A DNA stretch of 64,000 nt from Amoebophrya sp. A120 (Eukaryota; Protista; Dinoflagellata), in the NCBI GenBank assembly GCA_905178155.1, contig CAJINV010000002.1:7799650-7863649 (forward strand), read 5' to 3'. Of the stretch, positions 1 to 11,082 are shown piece after piece. The notes under the pieces are model-generated. The model was not told where the DNA came from. It saw only the letters and a program-made list of their open reading frames with translations, and did no database searches. How positions within the stretch are numbered: position 1 is the first letter of the stretch; each line of letters starts with the position of its first letter. The position numbers were made by a program, and so were the translations under genes.

Positions 1-925
1 GCACGAAGACGAAAACTAGGTAGATCGAGTCTGCGGTACTGTAGCTGCCGCTGTTCTCGTCGTGATTTTTGGTGCAGCTCGTCCGCTTCGAAGTTTGAAG
101 ATCATGTTCTCCATCGGCCGCGGTTCTTGAAGATGATGTTGCTGTTTTTTCATCTGCTCTTGAAGATGAAATTGCCCCACTGTAGTAGTTCGTCGCGGTG
201 AGAACGGGCAGCAAAAACGCCAGCAGCGTGCTGCTCAGAGAGCGGACGATTTTCTGGCTGGTTGCGTCCAGGGACTGCAAGAGAATTTGGTCTTTCTCCG
301 CTTCCAGGGCAAAACTCGTCGCGGGAACCGCCGCCGTCAACAGCTGCCCGAGCGCGAGCCAGCTGGTAATTACTGCTTGCAACAGAAATGTGGCCGGGGG
401 AAGGTTTTCCTGGAGAAATGTCGTCGCTCTTTCGATCGCAGCTGACGAGAAAAACGCGGAGAGCAGCGCGTTGAAATCATACTGCGTGGAAAAAATTCCG
501 AAAAATTGACTGGGAGCAGTGTCGCGACCAAAAGAACGATATTCCGTCGCTTGCCCTGTTCCATTTCCAGCACTACTTCCGGCCGTAGCGGTGACAAACA
601 AAGCGACGTTCAGCAACAGCAAACCCACGTCAAGGAGGATGAAGAAGACGAGTTGCAGCCCTTGGCAGTAGTCCACCACATTGCCTGCCACCTGCAGCAC
701 CACAATGCGGCTCAAACTGTTTACGGTCTGGCTGTTCGCAAAAAGCTTGATTTTCTCCCCCTGCAGCAGAGAAAGCTGGCAAAATCGTGTGAGTAGCGAG
801 CCACCCAAGCGAAAGGAAAACGCGCCCAGGGTGTAGAAGCCAAGCAGAGAATAGTTGGAGGTGCGGCCGCTCCTGGTGCCTGCAGCAGCCTCTTGTCCTG
901 GCGGGGCCTGCACAAAGTTGTCCAT
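1..925 (-). CDS. Hypothetical multi-pass membrane protein, 3' part outside window
   Basis: Manual translation: an open frame runs from ATG at 925 (MDNFVQAPPG...) off the window edge. It has several hydrophobic segments (LQLVFFILLDVGLLLLNVALFVTA; FLLQAVITSWLALGQLL; TLLAFLLPVL). It is absent from the ORF track because there is no stop inside the window. Confidence 0.6.
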   Translation of the reverse strand, partial: MDNFVQAPPGQEAAAGTRSGRTSNYSLLGFYTLGAFSFRLGGSLLTRFCQLSLLQGEKIKLFANSQTVNSLSRIVVLQVAGNVVDYCQGLQLVFFILLDVGLLLLNVALFVTATAGSSAGNGTGQATEYRSFGRDTAPSQFFGIFSTQYDFNALLSAFFSSAAIERATTFLQENLPPATFLLQAVITSWLALGQLLTAAVPATSFALEAEKDQILLQSLDATSQKIVRSLSSTLLAFLLPVLTATNYYSGAISSSRADEKTATSSSRTAADGEHDLQTSKRTSCTKNHDENSGSYSTADSIYLVFVFV

Positions 926-2162
926 GTTATCTTTTCTTCTCCATGACTTACTGATGCTCCTTCTACCCGAATAACCACGATTTCGTGGTGAGCCTAAGCG
1001 CAAGAACGCGACTTAACAAACTCTTCATCAAGTCACTTAATTTGAGATTGGAACGCCTGTCTACTTGTTTGACGAAGTATATTGATGATGTCCGCAACAC
1101 TACCTTCGTCTTCCTGAAAGACTTGCCATGGAAGTTCGAGTTCCATGTACTCATTCAACCCTGCATTTCATCATATTGTCAGGTGGATATGGATTACCGA
1201 CAAGGACAACACCATCGAGGTGGGACAAGAAGCGGGATCTCGTCTAGAAAAAAGATCTTTGTCTTTCGGCACTGCTTTTTCCGACAACTTGACCGACTGC
1301 AGTCCAGCTCTATTCGGAAAATAATGTGCGCTACGTTTCTCAGCTTCGATCATGATGGTAGATAGTGCTTGAGCTGGATGGTGCTTCATAGGCCTTGCAT
1401 GACACTATATTTGGTGTGTTTCTCGCTCCTTCTGATGCTTGAGGTTGACGAGCGGCCTGAACATGAACGTGAACCTGATCTTGTTCTTTATGAAAAACAA
1501 AAAGAAACACGATCGCAAAACAAAAAGAATGAACGGAAAGCCTTTGGCGAAGCATCGTTCAGGGGCGGGCCTGGTGGTCCCCTGTCTCGTACTCTTGCAA
1601 CAAACATGCAGCTGTGGTGTTGTTTGCGCTTCCGCAAAAAAAACGTTCCTACCTGAACGTACGAACGTCTGGAAGGGGAATTCACGTTGTTGGCCATCTG
1701 GCTTATTTGCAAACGCACGACTCTGCGGACACAGGGGTAAAAATGGGATTGGGAATAAAAGTACGATATACAACCGAGTAGCACTTTTCCTTTTCTAGTT
1801 AGATCACTACAGTACAAAAAAACAAGCTCAAACACGATGACATGCTATATACTAGGGTGGGATCGACGGTAAAGCCAGGAAATGGGATTTTTGCGTACGC
1901 GCTTCTCAAATAAGCTGAGCGGGAAAAGCCTCCCATGCAATACAACTTTTAGTTGGGCAATCCTAGAATGAAAAACATGAAAGTAAAAATACCTGCTGTA
2001 GCGAGGAAATCAAGAAATGGAAAAACGATCGTGGGGAACGAAAAAAAACCTCGTAACTTTATATACTTTTTATTTTCGTAGTTCTCTTGGTTCTGTACAA
2101 CAAACTCGCTCTCTTGGAATACGAAATCTAATTTCTCGCAGAATCAGACCCGTTTCCGCCTT

Positions 2163-5100
2163 TCATCGCACTTCAATCGTTTCGGTCTCGACCGGACAGT
2201 CGGGCAGGTTCGCGTTTCTGAAAAAATCCAGCACCGTGTTCATGTTGCTGGCTGGGTTTGGGAAGATCTTCGCCTCCCGCTCGGTACTGCCCACCTCGGT
2301 TTGCATGCGGATGTGCCGCTGCAGAACGTAGTCGGGATAGCCGGGCGCGTTCGCGTCGGCAGTGGCGCCTCGCTTGAAGCCCGACGTGACCGCGTCCGCG
2401 CCTTGCTCCCGGTCCACGGGCCAGGGGAGACTTTTGCTGTACCCGTTGAGGCTGTAGAACAGTTGGAAGGGTTTCGGCTGGTAGAGGCCATCGTCGTTGC
2501 CCCCCTCCCACTCCGCCACGGGGTCGTAGTACACCGCGCGACACTCCTGCGCCCCCGCAGCCAGGTTCCGCACCTTCCCGAACGCCAGCAGCTGCTTGTA
2601 GGGGCGGCCGTCGAGCTGCGCGTAGAACTGCGCCGTCGGTGAGGGCGCCGGGTAGCCCGGGGGATCGGTCGCGAGCTTGGAAGTCACGCAAAAGGCGATC
2701 CGCCGCAGCGTGCGGTCGTGCTGGGTCGGGACCAGGTCCACAACGTCTTCCCACTGCGCGGCCCCGAAGGGTAAACCCCAGCCAAATTCGAACACGGGCT
2801 GCGTGCCGCGCGCCTGCAGAATCATGTAGCCCACCTCGTGCTTGGAGTCGCCGTCCGCATCCACGCCGGCCTTTCCCCATGGCAGGTCGCCGCCGTTTGC
2901 GACAACGGACATGATCGTGTGCGCTCCGGGATTCACTTGCCCGTACATGAAATACATCAAACCCGTGAACGCGTGCACGGAGGGGGCGATCGAAAAAATA
3001 ATGCACTTGAAATCGTTGGCCCAGGGCATGGCGACAGATCCTGTTTAGGATAAGTTTTTGTGTGTTGACTTTCTTATGGTTTCACGACTGCTGGGATATG
3101 TATGATACTTGTTCAGGGAACGTCAAGCAGCAAAAGCAACGAATTAGCATAGATAAATTAGTAGTCTTCAAAAAATCATGGATCGGCTTCGGCACTAGAA
3201 AAAAACGTTGAGACGAGAAAAATAGCTCTCCGCTGTACCTGCGCCCGCCGCGAACACGCAGACGTTGTCCCCGCCCGCCGGGGGTCGCGGCTGCTCAATC
3301 GTGTCGCGATCCCTGCCCTCGCCGGCCTTGACGAGCGAGCAGACGAGTTTGACTTTTCCGCCCCCGCCGGTCTTGCCGCGAAACGCAGTTTCCGCCCGCG
3401 TTTCCTTCAGGTGGATGTTCATCTCCCCCGACCCCTCGGACGTGAGCGTGCGCGCGTTGCCGTCCCCGGTGCAGGAGCTGTCAAGGTCCACCTGGTCGCC
3501 GTCCTTCAGGGGGAGCAGGTTCCCGTCGTTCTTCAGCAACACCATGGACTCCGCAATCGTCCGCGACGTCCACCGGTAGTGCGTGTTCTTCGTGTTGTCG
3601 TCGTAGTCCTGCCACACCGCGGGGTAGTTGCTGTCCGTGTAGCGCGGCCCCTTCCGGAAAATCCCCAGTTCGCGCGCCCACCCGACCCAGCCCGCGAGGT
3701 ACCGATCCTTCAGCGCGCGGTCGGCCGCCTGCAGCTGGTTGTCCATCACCTGGTGCCCATTGTCCTCCTCCGCGATGGGCTCCGAGTTCACCATCTGCTC
3801 CTGCGCCGTGCGCTTCTCGTAGTTCAGCGGCTGCTTCCAGCTGCCCCAGTTCGCCCAGGAGTGGCCGGAGTCGGACGCGGAGGGCTTTTTGGTGTACGTT
3901 TCAAACATCTCCGCCGCGGGGTAGTCGGTCACGATCCAGGTGCGCTTGCTCTCCTCGTAGAGCCACTTGTTCCGCTTGTTGTAGCACATGGACACCGGCT
4001 CGCCGCCCTCCGGGTCCACCAGCCAGTGGTAGCCGCACATGGTCGCGGACGCGCCGATGTTGCTGCCCGCCACGAAGGGCTTCAGGTAGATGTCCATCTC
4101 CGCCTCCCACGGGATGGTCAGCTTTCCGTTGCGGTTCATGCGGTCCGCCTCCATGTCGTTGGAGATGTAGTGCTTCCAGACGGGCGACACCGTCTGGCGG
4201 TTGTAGCCCAGGGTCCAGGCCTCGACTGCGAAGACGCCGAACACGGGGTCCTCGCCGGGGATGTACTCCCCGGACCGGCCGCACCCCGGGTTGCGCCACA
4301 CCTGCGCGCCCGGCCCGAGCACCGCGTTGTACTTTCCCCCGGTGAACAAGCCGCCCAGCATGTTGGCGTGGAAGTACATCAGCTCCAGGTCCCAGCTCAT
4401 GCTCATGTGCGCCGCCGCGGGCCCGTTCAGCGACGCGGCGCCGAACGCGCGCAGCCCCTGGCCGTTGTCGTTGCCGCTCATCCCGGGCATCAAGCAGTCG
4501 TCGCCGCCGCAGTTGGGCGGGATGGGCGAGAACGCGGTCTGCCCCGCCAGTCCGCCCCGCTTCGCGATCGCCAGGTCCACGTCCCCGATGGGCAGTGCCT
4601 GGATGAGCGCCAGCGACTCGGCGTCCTCCTGCTGGCGTGTGGCAAGGAGCTGGGCCAGCTTTGCGTCCACGTCCGCCTTCCGCGCGGCTGCGGCCGCCGC
4701 ATCCAGCGCGCCCGGCCCACTCGGCAAACTTTGCTGTCCCGGCGCACCGAGAGTTATTAACCCGGCCGCGCCGGGTTGTCCATTGATCCCCCCGGAACTT
4801 CCGAGCATGTTACTTCCTGGCATGGTAGCCGCTCCCGGACTGCTGTCCCCGCCGCCTCCGCACGAACTATCGCCATTCGGTGTCGCGGCCGCGGTGGTCG
4901 GGGCCCCAAGCATTGGCACGGCCGCCTGGGTGTTGCTGGTACCTACTCCTGCAGCCGAAAGGCCGGGCATTTGGGTGTTGCCGGCGTTGTTGTTCAGTGC
5001 GTTGCCAGCGAGCGGTCGCCCTGGTTGTCCCGCTCGTCCGAAAACGCCCGCGACTCCAGGGACCACGCCCGCCGACGCCGCGGTGGCGGGCTGCGACCAA

Positions 5101-5582
5101 ACGGGTGTTCCCCCAGCTCCGGTTCCAACCGGAACGAAGGGGACGGTCATCGTGATACCTGCCGCCGGCTGCGCGACAGCACCTGCCGACACTACCCCGG
5201 GACTACTCAGAACATTTAGGTTGTTGTTGGGTCCTGTCGTTGCTCCACCTGCCCAGGCGGGATTGAACCCTGTTCCGGCCACCTGCGGCTGCTCAAGCCG
5301 CTCTCGTTTTCGCTCCAACAACGATCCGGACGCTGGTGCAGGAGCATGACTCGTTTGCTGGGAGGACTTTTTCAGCTGGACAGCCTTCTTGTTCCTCGCC
5401 CCCTTCTTGTTCGCCGGGTGTGCTTTCACTGGTTCCTTCGTGATCTTCAGGGCATGCACGTCGTGCGAGTGGTCGAGTAGAGTAGACACAAACGACGTGC
5501 AGCTTCCGAGGGCAGCAAGCCGCCGTGGCTGGCGGACCGAACTTTTTCTCGTCCACGACCCGCTAACGGTATTCATGTTCAT
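2163..5582 (-). CDS. Glycoside hydrolase family 3 (beta-glucosidase-like), copy 1; join(3239..5582,2163..3040)
   Basis: GH3 motifs: DNGQGLR, LGPGAQVWRNPGCGRSGEYIPGEDP, WKHYISNDME, IVTDY (nucleophile Asp), ESMVLLKNDGNLLPL, AGEGRDR (acid/base Glu). A GT-AG intron at 3041-3238 gives FAAGAG|SVAMPW, collinear with the paralog. Long Gly/Ala/Pro-rich N-terminal linker. Confidence 0.88.
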
Positions 5583-6615
5583 TCTCCTTTCTGCGGTATA
5601 CAGATGACTAGCACGTGAAAATCAAAATTGGATATATAACCACGAGCGCCAGCGCCTTACTGACACTATCAGTTGTTCCTGTAAAGTAAGATCAGGAGAA
5701 GACATAATCGTAACAAATGCTGCGATATAATGCTACCTTCTTCCATTCGAAAAGGAAATTTTCCTTGGTCCTGCTTTGTCTTTACTACCTTCTGAGGACT
5801 GTGTTTGCGTTGCTCGATCGGGATCGCGCGACAAATTGATGGAGAAAAGGCAAAGACAACATGAATCCATCGTGTCGTGCTCTACGACTTTTATTTTGGA
5901 CAATATTGCAGAATTTGGTGCGTATACATGGACGTTCTTTCGGTCCGCACGTCTGCGCGATCTGGACGAGTAAGAACGAAACCCCAGAAGCAGCATCTGG
6001 AATTGCAAACAGCTGAAGAAACCAGGAGGACGGGACGAAGTAAATCTAAGTGAAACGAGGTGAAACTGCAGCGCAAACGAAAGCGATAGTGATTGTGTTT
6101 GCCATTGCTGCGGTACGGGAACGGGTACGACGGGCCATGCATTCTGTTACGACTACGAAGTGCACAATCATGAAAGAAAGTTGCGAAAACAGGAACCACA
6201 CAACGGAGTAGAACATCAATACCCATTCCTTCGAAATTACTATTTCAAAATTGAGATGAAAGTAGAAGAACTCATGTTGTGTGTGTGGGTGTACATATTT
6301 ACTAGATCATGCCATTCTCATTGCCAGCAACGTTATAACAGAAAAAGCACGCCGGTACGAACTTCTTTTTACGGTAACCAATACAGGTGGAACGATGACT
6401 TTCTTACTACTGAATGCGGAGTGAAACTTAACGCTTAAATTTCAAAAACCTCATGTCATGCATATGATTCTACTAGCATCGCTTTGCCTAGTCCTGGAGA
6501 AGGCAGTTTACTAAAAAACGAACCCCCTTCTGAGAAAAAAGAAGCAGATGAAGCAAGATCGATTCACTTTCACGGCTTCTGGTCCTATACTTGATCTCTA
6601 TCCCAAAAAGAAAAC

Positions 6616-9402
6616 TCATCGGCTTTCTCGTGTATCGCCTTCCAGTTTGACGTCCGGCAGACCGATGACATCCTGCCACGCGCTGACCACGCTCGCCTCC
6701 GTGCGCCCACTGCCGTGAAAAATTTTTCCCGTCGCCTCCTCCTCCAGGCCCTGCTCCAGCTGGTTGGCCAGGTGCCGCTCCCACACGTAGAAGGGGTACT
6801 CGTTTCGCTGGAACCCGGTGGCCAGCGCCGCCCCGCCCTGCTCCTTGTCGGCGGGCCAGGCAGTCGCGCTAGAGTAGCCGGACAGGGAGTAGAAGAGCTG
6901 GTAGTCGTTCATGGGGAAGTACAGGCCGTCGTCGTTGCCCCCTTCCCACTCCGCCACCGGGTCGTAGTAGACCGCCTGGCAGCGCGTTTCGCCGACGGGT
7001 AGGTGGCGGAATTTGGAAAAGGTCAGCAGCGCTTTCCAACTGCGCCCCCGGATCTGGTACCAGAACATCGCCGTAGGACTGGGCAGCGGGTAAAAGTCCG
7101 CTTGCTCCTGCGCGCTGGCGAAGCAGAACGCGATGCGGCGCAGGTTCCGCTCGTGCTGCACGGGGACCAGCGTCACCAGCGTCTCCCACCCGTGGCCGCC
7201 CACGCCGAACGGCAGCCCGAACCCGAACTCGAAAGCCGGCACGCGGCCCGTCGCCTGGATCAGCGTGTACCCGTGCTCCCGCCCGGACGCCCCGTCGGCG
7301 AGCGCCGGTTGGTTCTGCGCGAACGGCAGGTCCGCGTCGTGCCCCACGATGGACTGGATCAAGTGCGCGCCCGCGTTCACGTAGCCGAACAGCAGGTAAA
7401 ACAGCCCGTTGAAGCCGTGGACGCTGGGCGCGATCGCGTACAGCAGGCAGGGCACCTCGTGCGCCCAGGCAATGGCGGCGCCCCCGAACGAGGAGACGAA
7501 CACGCACGTTTTGCCGTCCACGTTTGCCGGCTTGGGGGTGTCGATCGTCGGCTCATCCGCCCCCTCCCCCGCCGGGCGGATCACGCACACCAGCTTGACC
7601 CGCGCGAAACCGGGGCGGGTTTCCACGAAGTCGCCGAACGCCGTTTCCGCCCGCGTCTCCTTCAAATGCTTGTGCATTTCCCCCGAACCCGTGCTGGTCA
7701 GTTTCCTCGCATTCTCCTCCCCGGTGCAGGAGCCGTCCAGCTCGATTTTCTCACCCGCGTTGGGGTCCAACGGGAGCATGTTGCGGTCGTTCTTCAGCAA
7801 CACAATCGACTCGGCGATCGTGCGGGAGACGTACTTGTAGTGGTTCTTCCGGTCCTGCTCGCTCATTTCGTTCATCCAGTAGGTTGGGTTCTCCGCGGTG
7901 GTGAAACTCCGGGACGGCGTGTCCTTGCCGAACCCGAGGTCCTTGCCGAACCCCACAAACCCAGCCAAGTACCGGTTCTTCTTGGAGCGCGGCGCCAAAA
8001 CGAGCTCGCGGGCCATCACCTGGTGGCCGTTGTCCTCCTCCGCGATCCCCTCCGATTGCGCAAACTGCTCGGACGCCGTGCGGTGCTCGTACTCCAGCGG
8101 CTGCGCGTACGTGCCCCAATTGGCCCAGGAGTGGCCGGACGCGGAGGCGGACTCCTCCGGCGGGTTCCAGTTCGCGTCCTTCACGTACTCCACCACCATC
8201 TGCGACGCCGGGTAGTCCGTCATGATGAAGGTCCGCGGGGAGTTCTCGTACAGCCACTTGTTCCGCTTGTCGTAGCACATCGACACCGGTTCACTGTCAT
8301 CAAACGCTTTTTCCGGGTCCACCAGCCAGTGGTAGCCGCACATGCTGGCGGCCGCGCCGATGTTGCTGCCCGCGACGAAGGGCTTCAGGTGCAGGTCCAT
8401 CTGCACGGCCCAGGGCACCTGCAGCTTGCCCTTCTTCAGCATCCGGTCCTGCTCCATGTCGTTGGAGATGTAGTGCTTCCAGATCGGCGCCACCTGCCGC
8501 GAGTTGTAGCCCAGCGTCCAGGCCTCGACCAGCAGCGTGCCCAGGATGGGGTCCTCGCCGGGGACGTACTCCCAGTTGCGCCCGCACCGGGGGTTCCGCC
8601 AGATCTGCGCGCCGGGGCCGAGGACGGAGTTGTGGTAGGACTTTTCGAAGAACGTCCCCAGCATCTGGCTGTGGAAGTACACCAGCCCCACGTCCCAACT
8701 CATGCCCACGTGGGCCGCCCCCGGGCCGTTCAGCGCCTCGTCCTTGACCATGGCGTTCTGGCCGCTGTCCCAGTGCTGCATCCGCGTGCCCTGCCCGTTG
8801 TCGCTGGCCATCACACCGGGGAAGACGCACCCGCCGGCGGGCGCGTCGCAGTCCGGCGGGATGCGCGACACCGCGTGTTGCCCCTGGAGGGGTTTCCGCA
8901 GCAAGATCGCTTTGTCCACAACAGTGTCGTCCAGCGCCGCAACTTCGCGCCACGACGCCTCGTCGGCGGCCCGGCGGTGCCGCAGGTAGGCTCCCATATT
9001 CGCGGAGAAAGTCTTGGCGAGGTGCTTGGATTCCTCCACCGTCACCGCCGTGCCGTCGCGGCCGGGCCGGGAGATCGGTTCGCCGTCGCCGCTGGTGCTG
9101 CTGTGTCGTTCTGCTTTTTCTTCTTGTGTGAAAGTAGAGCTAGAAGACGGTGACTTTATCTTTCTGCTCGTCGTGCTGGTTCCTCGTCTCTGCTCTAGTT
9201 CTACATGCCGTGGTCCTTGCCCTGCTTTAGCAGAGAATTGCGGAACGACCGTCTCGGCCGCGACATTTTTGGAGAAGATGGGAACGAAGACGGACGAAAG
9301 CACCCGACTACGACTTGCCGTCATGATATTAAGCAGCGTTCTCAGCGACTGCGGAAGCGAGTAGAAAAAGCTTCGTTCTCCTCGATCGAAGCGAGAACTC
9401 AT
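6616..9402 (-). CDS. Glycoside hydrolase family 3 (beta-glucosidase-like), copy 2, intronless
   Basis: 928-aa ORF with WRNPRCGRNWEYVPGEDP, WKHYISNDME, FIMTDY, ESIVLLKNDRNMLPL and AGEGADE. Clear paralog of 2163-5582. The true start may be a downstream Met (MTASRS). Confidence 0.9.
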   Translation of the reverse strand: MSSRFDRGERSFFYSLPQSLRTLLNIMTASRSRVLSSVFVPIFSKNVAAETVVPQFSAKAGQGPRHVELEQRRGTSTTSRKIKSPSSSSTFTQEEKAERHSSTSGDGEPISRPGRDGTAVTVEESKHLAKTFSANMGAYLRHRRAADEASWREVAALDDTVVDKAILLRKPLQGQHAVSRIPPDCDAPAGGCVFPGVMASDNGQGTRMQHWDSGQNAMVKDEALNGPGAAHVGMSWDVGLVYFHSQMLGTFFEKSYHNSVLGPGAQIWRNPRCGRNWEYVPGEDPILGTLLVEAWTLGYNSRQVAPIWKHYISNDMEQDRMLKKGKLQVPWAVQMDLHLKPFVAGSNIGAAASMCGYHWLVDPEKAFDDSEPVSMCYDKRNKWLYENSPRTFIMTDYPASQMVVEYVKDANWNPPEESASASGHSWANWGTYAQPLEYEHRTASEQFAQSEGIAEEDNGHQVMARELVLAPRSKKNRYLAGFVGFGKDLGFGKDTPSRSFTTAENPTYWMNEMSEQDRKNHYKYVSRTIAESIVLLKNDRNMLPLDPNAGEKIELDGSCTGEENARKLTSTGSGEMHKHLKETRAETAFGDFVETRPGFARVKLVCVIRPAGEGADEPTIDTPKPANVDGKTCVFVSSFGGAAIAWAHEVPCLLYAIAPSVHGFNGLFYLLFGYVNAGAHLIQSIVGHDADLPFAQNQPALADGASGREHGYTLIQATGRVPAFEFGFGLPFGVGGHGWETLVTLVPVQHERNLRRIAFCFASAQEQADFYPLPSPTAMFWYQIRGRSWKALLTFSKFRHLPVGETRCQAVYYDPVAEWEGGNDDGLYFPMNDYQLFYSLSGYSSATAWPADKEQGGAALATGFQRNEYPFYVWERHLANQLEQGLEEEATGKIFHGSGRTEASVVSAWQDVIGLPDVKLEGDTRESR

Positions 9403-9500
9403 GGCTCCTCTCTTTCTCCGCGGTGGCGGTGAGAACGTGGCGTGGTCAATAGCAGAAGAGAAATCCGAAAAACGAAAACATACACCTTTAAGGTTGATAT

Positions 9501-9529
9501 CCTAAACCCTGAAACCTAACCTAAACCCT
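9501..9529 (+). repeat. Short degenerate telomere-like (CCCTAAA) tract
   Basis: cctaaaccctgaaacctaacctaaaccct; isolated CCTAAACC copies also occur near 9625 and 9818. Confidence 0.45.
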
Positions 9530-11082
9530 TTCCGGATCGAACTTGTGCAGCAGGAGAAGGCGTAGATCGTAGGTGAGACGGTCGCGACGACAGCCATCCC
9601 GTGCCGGCGGCGGTGGGGGCCTACCTAAACCTAGACCGGAAAAAAAAACCGGAAAAAAAACTGCTTGGTGCCAGTTGGGCCCGGGGAACAAGAGGCAGAG
9701 CAAAAAAGGAGGATTTGTAAAGCGATCGTCAAAAAGATAAATGGCGGAGCAAACTGAAGGCCAGGGCGTGCACGCCCCTTTCTTCTTAAGCTTCAGCAGT
9801 GCTGAGAACGTTCCGACCCTAAACCTCGAAGTGCCGAAGCACCAAGAGATCTACGTACGTATGCGCAAGAAAGCTCGCCTGGCTATCTAAAACAGTCGAC
9901 AAAAAAGGCGAGGAAATCTCTCGGGGAAGCCGAGAAGTCTCATGTCGACTAAGGAAAATCAAATTGGAGTATTGGCTTTAGCTGATAGAAACAAAGTATA
10001 GTGGGTAGCTGAAGGAGGGGGAAGCAAGCAAAAGCGGAAAAGCCACTGTCACACTAAAGACAGAATACCAGGTAGGAAATTGAAACCTTCATTGATTTGA
10101 TTATTTCTAGTTTATTCACAGCGGTAGATAGACGAGCATGGCAACTCTACAGCGCTAGCTTGTAAGTGACAAAGTCAGGGATAACGATAACGAAAATGAG
10201 GACGAGCTGCAACATTTTGCACGACGACCTAGACAAGAACGAAAGAGGGTGGCAATCGGACGAAAGTGGTGCACGATTTGGACTCCATGTACTTATGTGA
10301 TGCGGCTCGGAATCCTGCAAGAACACAAAATTATACAAAACGTTAACATTCATCAGAAGCACAACGATGTTCTTCCGACGAGAGCTCTATTCCATTTGAT
10401 TCATGAATGTCTTAGGCGCAATAGTGTAAGCGTCGAAATTGGGAGGGGAACTTTTTGACTGCAAGAAGGCGAAGCCACGACTGGGATCTCTCTTACAGCA
10501 TAAATCATATCAGCAAAACAAAGATGTGGAAAGCATGTTGTAGTTGATCATCGCAATAACATTCGATGACATCCGCCTCTTCCTTGGTGCATTTTTAACC
10601 GTAAAATTCTTCGAATGCGTTCAGCCGAAGCCGAACATGCTGTACTTACATTTTCTTCGCGGTCGCAAATTCTTGTGGTTACATTTTGGGAAAGCACGAT
10701 ATTGTAGTTCAAAACTACCATTCCAATATACTTCTCATGTGTCAAAATCTCATTCCTAGTCCTAGTACATTATTTTCAATAATGAATAGTTCTCCATCCT
10801 TGTCTACCAGATCGCGGAAAAGTCCGATAGTGCTCTACGATGAATGTCAATTTTCGAAGTTGAACTTGTTGATAATGGTAGGTATAAACAATAGTCGCGT
10901 TAGGAATTGGAAGTATGTGCATGTCATTGCCTCAGAGGGTTCTGTCAAATTACTTGATGTAGGTACTACTTGTAAGTACTCTTGAGGCGGGTTCATTTAC
11001 CTTGCTGGTTCTGTAGTTCTATCAAAAAACCAGATGCACATATTGTATTTCGAGTCGCTCAGAATTTTCGTCGCCTGCCCCA

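Noticed and set aside
3411-9153. Long plus-strand ORFs (449, 362 and 716 aa; also 52503-54857)
   Set aside because: Antisense shadows of GC3-rich minus-strand genes (GH3, GLDC) with no motifs of their own.
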